Source of the DNA: an uncultured Collinsella sp.
GTDB taxonomy: Bacteria; Actinomycetota; Coriobacteriia; Coriobacteriales; Coriobacteriaceae
Assembly (NCBI GenBank): GCA_958348225.1
Contig: CATVYG010000007.1
Location: 3,857 to 67,856 of the forward strand
DNA: 64,000 nucleotides
Direction: 5' to 3'
The notes beneath the pieces were generated by a model. That model saw nothing but the letters and a program-made list of their open reading frames with translations, was not told the origin of the DNA and searched no databases. Shown here one piece after another: positions 59,008 to 64,000 of this stretch. Made by a program: the position numbers and the translations under genes. Each line of letters begins with the position of its first letter. Position 1 is the stretch's first letter.

Positions 59008-60648
59008 ATGATCGAAATCACCCAAGTCAACGCATCACTCGATGAAGCCGGCGATGAAAATGCCTGCCTCAATGTTGGCAAGCGAGTCGCCAAGCGCGTC
59101 CTACGTTGCAAGGACTCCGAGATCAAGTCCATCGAGCTCCACCGCAAGTCAATCGACGCCCGCAAAAAACGAGACGTCCATTTTATCCTGAGCTTTCGTG
59201 TTGAGCTGACTAGTCCCCACCTCGAGCGAGAAGCGATCGACAGCATTGCCGAGCGTGACCGCTCGCGCGTACGCGCGATAGAAGACGATGGGTCTTCATT
59301 CCCCTCCCCCGTCTCCGACGCACCTCAAGAACGCCCTGTCGTTGTCGGCGCCGGATGCGCCGGCCTTTTCGCTGCGCTCACGCTCGCCAAAGCAGGTCTT
59401 AAGCCCTTGCTTATCGAGCGCGGCGACCCGGCATTTCGCCGCTCGCAGGCGATCGACCTCTTTCTAAAGGAGCGCATCCTCGACCCCGAGAGCAATATCC
59501 AGTTTGGTCTGGGCGGCGCGGGGACCTTCTCGGACGGCAAGCTCAATACGGGAACAAAAAATCCCGCCCATCGCCTTATCCTTGAAACCTTCGTCGAGGC
59601 GGGTGCGCCCCGCGATATTCTGTGGGATGCCAAGCCACACATTGGCTCCGACATCCTTCCCAAGGTTGTTACCGCTATATCCCAGCGCATCGAGCAGCTC
59701 GGAGGTGTCGTCCGTTATCGAACGAAGCTCGTCGACATTCGCATCGACGCGTCTGGCGCCATCACCGGTATTGATGTCCAATCGTCCCAAGACGCCGCTT
59801 ACGAGCCAATCGAGACAAAGCACCTCATCCTCGCCTGCGGGCATTCTGCTCGCGATATTTTTGAGCTCCTTAAGGACCACAACGTGGCCCTCGCACAAAA
59901 GACCTTTGCCATGGGCGTTCGCATCGAGCATCCGCAACGCGACATCGACAGAGCCCAATATGGAGCCTCGGCGGGACATCCAACGCTCGGGGCGGCCCCC
60001 TACAAACTTGTTGCCCATCTTCCCAACGGCCGCAGCGTGTTCTCGTTTTGCATGTGCCCCGGCGGACAGGTTGTCGCCGCCTCTTCAGAACCGTGCCATC
60101 TGTGCGTCAACGGGGCCAGCCTCAATGCCCGCGACGGACGCAACGCAAATGCCGCCCTGCTCGTTAACGTCACGCCTGAGGACCTTCCCAACGATGACCC
60201 GCTCGCCGGCATCGAGCTCCAGCGTGCCTGCGAGGCGGCCGCCTATCGCCTGGGCGGTTCCAACTGGAACGCACCGGCACAACTCGTCGGAGATTTCCTC
60301 GCAGGACGCGCCAGCAAGGCGCCCGGAAAGGTAAAGCCCACCTATCCGCTCGGTGTGACCTGGACGGCAATTGACGAAGCCCTACCGCAGCATATCGTCG
60401 AGTCGCTCCGCCTGGGACTTCCCCTACTCGGAAAAAAGCTACGAGGCTACGACCGTCCCGATGCCGTTCTTACCGGTGTGGAGACTCGTTCGAGCTCACC
60501 GGTCACTGTCACCCGAGACCGAACGTGCCATGCCGTGTCGACCCCGGGCCTCTACCCTTGTGGTGAGGGAGCTGGATATGCCGGCGGCATCATGAGCGCG
60601 GCCACCGACGGCATCCGTTGTGCTGAAGCCCTGATCGCAGACCTCTAA
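59008..60648 (+). CDS. Uncharacterised FAD-dependent oxidoreductase
   Basis: VVGAGCAG, GGAGTFSDGKL, PHIGSD, FCMCPGG, ETRSSSP, GEGAGYAGGI. Confidence 0.9.
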   Translation: MIEITQVNASLDEAGDENACLNVGKRVAKRVLRCKDSEIKSIELHRKSIDARKKRDVHFILSFRVELTSPHLEREAIDSIAERDRSRVRAIEDDGSSFPSPVSDAPQERPVVVGAGCAGLFAALTLAKAGLKPLLIERGDPAFRRSQAIDLFLKERILDPESNIQFGLGGAGTFSDGKLNTGTKNPAHRLILETFVEAGAPRDILWDAKPHIGSDILPKVVTAISQRIEQLGGVVRYRTKLVDIRIDASGAITGIDVQSSQDAAYEPIETKHLILACGHSARDIFELLKDHNVALAQKTFAMGVRIEHPQRDIDRAQYGASAGHPTLGAAPYKLVAHLPNGRSVFSFCMCPGGQVVAASSEPCHLCVNGASLNARDGRNANAALLVNVTPEDLPNDDPLAGIELQRACEAAAYRLGGSNWNAPAQLVGDFLAGRASKAPGKVKPTYPLGVTWTAIDEALPQHIVESLRLGLPLLGKKLRGYDRPDAVLTGVETRSSSPVTVTRDRTCHAVSTPGLYPCGEGAGYAGGIMSAATDGIRCAEALIADL

Positions 60649-60674
60649 CGCACAAATTCCAGCGCGCAAAAGAC

Positions 60675-60710
60675 ATAGGCCCCGAGCTCCACAGGGAACT
60701 CGGGGCCTGT
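60675..60710. terminator. Hairpin between convergent genes
   Basis: AGGCCCCGAG/CTCGGGGCCT stem. Confidence 0.7.
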
Positions 60711-60713
60711 TCG

Positions 60714-62954
60714 CTATTTCTTAAACCGTGCACCCTGGCGTTTTCTGCCCGATGCGAACGTGGAACCCTTGCGGGCCTGCGAGCGTAAGCGCTCGATCGT
60801 CTCGTCCTCAGACGCACCCTCGAGCATCGCCCGAATCTGAACGACAGCATCGCGCAGGCGCGCCGCCTCCTCAAAGTCCATAGCGGCAGAAGCGTTACGC
60901 ATATCCTCTTCCATGGTTTCGACGATCCGCACAAGCTCGTCATGCGGCAGTTCTTCCAACTGCTCCGCAAGTGTCTGCTCGGGCGCCACCGTTTCCGGCA
61001 CACCGCCCTCGCCCGACTCATCGGGCGTATAGAATGCGCCATGGCCAAGAGAGTCGCCCTTCGAGCGTCCCTTGGAGCCCACGGTTTTTTCGGCCTCGGC
61101 AATAAAACTTGAGATGTCGTTGATGGCCTTGCGCACTGTCTTGGGCACAATGCCATGTTCTTCGTTATATGCCATCTGAATCTCACGACGGCGCTGCGTC
61201 TCCTCGATGGCCTCTTTCATCGAATCGGTCACAACGTCTGCATACATGATGACTTCGCCATCGGCGTTACGGGCCGCACGGCCAATCGTCTGAATCAGCG
61301 AACGGCGGTTGCGCAAGAAGCCTTCCTTATCGGCATCGAGAATTGCCACCAGTGAGACCTCGGGGAGATCCAAGCCCTCGCGAAGCAGGTTGATGCCAAC
61401 GAGAACATCGATCTTGCCTTCGCGCAGCGTTCGCAGGATCTCGACACGGTCCATTGTCGCCGTATCAGAGTGCATGTAATTGACCTTAATGCCCGCGTCG
61501 AGCAGATGGTCGGTCAGGTCCTCGGCCATGCGCTTGGTCAACGTGGTCACCAGCACGCGCTCCTTGCGGGCAACGCGCTCGCGAATCTCGTCCTCAAGAT
61601 CGTCAATCTGACCGCGAACTGGACGCACGTCAATCTTGGGGTCGAGCAGGCCGGTCGGACGAATAATCTGCTCCACGTCGTTTTGGCTCACCCGCAGCTC
61701 GTAGTCGCCCGGCGTGGCCGAAACATAGATAAACTGGGGGATCCTTGCCTCAAACTCATCGAAACGAAGCGGGCGGTTATCGAGCGCCGAGGGCAGGCGA
61801 AAACCGTGTTCCACCAGCGTCACCTTACGCGAGCGGTCACCTTCGTGCATGCCGCGAATCTGCGGCACCGTCACATGGCTCTCATCGATGATGCAGAGCA
61901 TATCCTTGGGAAAGTAATCGATTAGGGTAAACGGCGGCTCGCCCGGTTTGCGACCGTCCAGATGACGCGAGTAGTTCTCGATGCCGTTGCAAAAGCCCAT
62001 CGTCTCGAGCATCTCAAGATCATAATCGGTGCGCTGCTGCAGACGCTGCGCCTCGAGCAACTTGTCGGTCGCCCTGAGCTCTGCGACGCGCTTCTCGCAC
62101 TCTTCGCTGATCGATTTCAGAGCCGCCTTGACCTTCGGCTTCTCGGTCACGTAGTGCGATGCCGGCCATACGGGGATGGCCTCGTACTCACGAAGCATCT
62201 CACCGGTGACCTCATCGATCTCGGCAATCAACTCGACCTCGTCGCCAAAAAACTCAAACCGCAACGGATGCTCGGCATAAGGCGGATACACGTCGACAAC
62301 ATCGCCGCGCACGCGGAACGTGCCGCGTGCCAGGTCATAGTCATTACGATCATATTGAATGTCGATAAGTGCATGGATAAAGTCATCGCGCTCGAGCGGC
62401 ACCTTCTTGTCGACGTTTGGAGCTAGGCCCGCATAGTCCTCTGGAGAGCCAATGCCATAGATACACGAGACCGATGCAACGACGATCACATCGCGTCGAG
62501 AGAGCAGTGACGCGGTCGCCTGATGGCGCAGCATCTCGACCTCTTCGTTAATCGAGGAGTCTTTCTCGATATATGTATCGCTTTGCGGCACATACGCCTC
62601 GGGCTGATAGTAGTCATAGTACGAGACGAAGTAGACCACAGCGTTGTTGGGAAAGAACTCTTTGAGCTCGCTCGCAAGCTGAGCGGCGAGCGTTTTATTC
62701 GGAGCCATGACCAGCGTCGGCTTTCCCAGGGCCTCAATAGTCTTTGCCATCGTGAAGGTCTTGCCCGAACCAGTCACGCCCAGCAAAACCTGATAGCGGT
62801 CTCCGTCCCTCACGCCCTGCACAAGCGACTCAATGGCCTTAGGCTGGGAACCGGCAGGCTCATAGGGAGACACGACCTTAAACGGCACGTCAGAGCCTTC
62901 AACGCCAAAGCGCTTAAGTTCACCACCAACGCGTTCTACTTCAAATTCCGCCAT
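60714..62954 (-). CDS. uvrB: Excinuclease ABC subunit B
   Basis: [29 protein letters not shown]-terminal UVR domain FEEAARLRD. Confidence 0.98.
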   Translation of the reverse strand: MAEFEVERVGGELKRFGVEGSDVPFKVVSPYEPAGSQPKAIESLVQGVRDGDRYQVLLGVTGSGKTFTMAKTIEALGKPTLVMAPNKTLAAQLASELKEFFPNNAVVYFVSYYDYYQPEAYVPQSDTYIEKDSSINEEVEMLRHQATASLLSRRDVIVVASVSCIYGIGSPEDYAGLAPNVDKKVPLERDDFIHALIDIQYDRNDYDLARGTFRVRGDVVDVYPPYAEHPLRFEFFGDEVELIAEIDEVTGEMLREYEAIPVWPASHYVTEKPKVKAALKSISEECEKRVAELRATDKLLEAQRLQQRTDYDLEMLETMGFCNGIENYSRHLDGRKPGEPPFTLIDYFPKDMLCIIDESHVTVPQIRGMHEGDRSRKVTLVEHGFRLPSALDNRPLRFDEFEARIPQFIYVSATPGDYELRVSQNDVEQIIRPTGLLDPKIDVRPVRGQIDDLEDEIRERVARKERVLVTTLTKRMAEDLTDHLLDAGIKVNYMHSDTATMDRVEILRTLREGKIDVLVGINLLREGLDLPEVSLVAILDADKEGFLRNRRSLIQTIGRAARNADGEVIMYADVVTDSMKEAIEETQRRREIQMAYNEEHGIVPKTVRKAINDISSFIAEAEKTVGSKGRSKGDSLGHGAFYTPDESGEGGVPETVAPEQTLAEQLEELPHDELVRIVETMEEDMRNASAAMDFEEAARLRDAVVQIRAMLEGASEDETIERLRSQARKGSTFASGRKRQGARFKK

Positions 62955-63005
62955 GGATACTCCTAACTCATATATCTGCAGTATACGCAGGCGGCAGGCA
63001 TAGTC

Positions 63006-63587
63006 CTATACGAACCGATCGGGATAGAGGGTCTTGTAGCGAGCCCAGGCATTATTGACACGAATCAGATACGCCTGCGTCTCGGGAAAGGTGATTGCAT
63101 TATGAAGCGACGTACTCTGCTGCGCCCATCCGTCGACATTGCCCATGCCGGCGTTATAGGCGGCAATGGCACTGTCAGTCGACCCGTTAAAATACGCTAG
63201 AAGATACGAGAGATACGCACAGCCAAACTCGATATTCGTAGCCGGATCGTTAAGGTTGTCGGCCGAATACTCGCCACCGTCGACAAGGCCCTTGGCGATC
63301 ATATCCTGGGCAGTCTCGGGCATCAGCTGCATCAATCCCTGAGCACCCTGATTCGACTCGGCCCCGGGATCCCAATTCGATTCAGACTTAATGACAGCGC
63401 ACACCAGATACGGATCCAGATTATGCGAAATACTGGATTGCTTTACATACGCCTCGTAGTCAATCGGATACAGCGGCTTAAAGAAAGCGGCAGGAGCATA
63501 CGAGTAAACGAATGAGATAAGGCCGAAGGCAAAAACGGCAGCTAGCGGTATAAGGCGATACCACGTAAGGAAACGTGTCTTAGGCAT
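63006..63587 (-). CDS. SLT-domain lytic transglycosylase
   Basis: N-terminal TM, AVIKSES, GLMQLMP, AAYNAG, ETQAY. Confidence 0.9.
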   Translation of the reverse strand: MPKTRFLTWYRLIPLAAVFAFGLISFVYSYAPAAFFKPLYPIDYEAYVKQSSISHNLDPYLVCAVIKSESNWDPGAESNQGAQGLMQLMPETAQDMIAKGLVDGGEYSADNLNDPATNIEFGCAYLSYLLAYFNGSTDSAIAAYNAGMGNVDGWAQQSTSLHNAITFPETQAYLIRVNNAWARYKTLYPDRFV

Positions 63588-64000
63588 CGGCCTCCTCCTT
63601 ATCCACTACATCCCCGAACCCATGGCATGCAAGCCATGAGTCAAGCTGCTCAAAGAGCGAATTATCGCCTGAGGCATTATCAATCACCGTTGTAGCGAGA
63701 TTGCACAGCGCAGACTCATCGGGCTGACAAGCAGAACGGGCATCGAAATCAGATGGCTCCATGCCACGTTGAATAGCGCGCTCGCGACGAACTGACAAAG
63801 GGGCGCTGATGACCAAAATTTCATCAGCCAAGCCAAATGCATCCTCAAAACCAGTCGGAGCAGAAACCTCGACCACCGCAAAAGGATAACGGGGAGATGA
63901 AACAGTACAACAAACCGGATCGAGAATCCTAAGCGAAAGCTGTTCAATCAGAATGGGATGCACGATGTCATTGAGCCGTGCGACCGAATCAGGAGAAGCG
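63580..64000 (-). CDS. coaE: Dephospho-CoA kinase (5' part outside window)
   Basis: RLNDIVHP, R.ERA..RG, R...Q, VIDN; frame open to the window edge; coaE-SLT-uvrB order. Confidence 0.75.
   Translation of the reverse strand, partial: ASPDSVARLNDIVHPILIEQLSLRILDPVCCTVSSPRYPFAVVEVSAPTGFEDAFGLADEILVISAPLSVRRERAIQRGMEPSDFDARSACQPDESALCNLATTVIDNASGDNSLFEQLDSWLACHGFGDVVDKEEADA

Overview
GC-rich, mostly minus-strand chromosomal segment of an anaerobic actinobacterium. Gene content and order suggest Coriobacteriia, probably Collinsella-like (inference, no search run). Core genes: metY with a divergent LysR, rnhA, folE/folB, nrdD/nrdG with NrdR boxes, six tRNAs, an opp ABC transporter, rapZ-whiA-gap-pgk-tpiA-gpmI-secG, uvrA/B/C, murJ, an LTA-synthase-family gene and partial coaE. 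Accessory genes: a GH13 alpha-glucosidase between two tRNA-Gly clusters, a PP2C plus fused STAS-kinase partner-switch pair, and a ~10.5 kb sialic-acid (nan) cluster between uvrC and rapZ with one catalytically intact-looking and one catalytically altered CE7 esterase. The most unusual signals are non-coding: a 187-bp tRNA-Gly-linked tandem repeat carrying an antisense T-arm copy, two long 3'-UTR hairpins with unrelated 26-bp arms but shared internal motifs, a palindromic UP-like element at all three tRNA promoters, and a Met/Cys-containing upstream ORF before metY. No CRISPR array, integrase, transposase or rRNA gene was seen.
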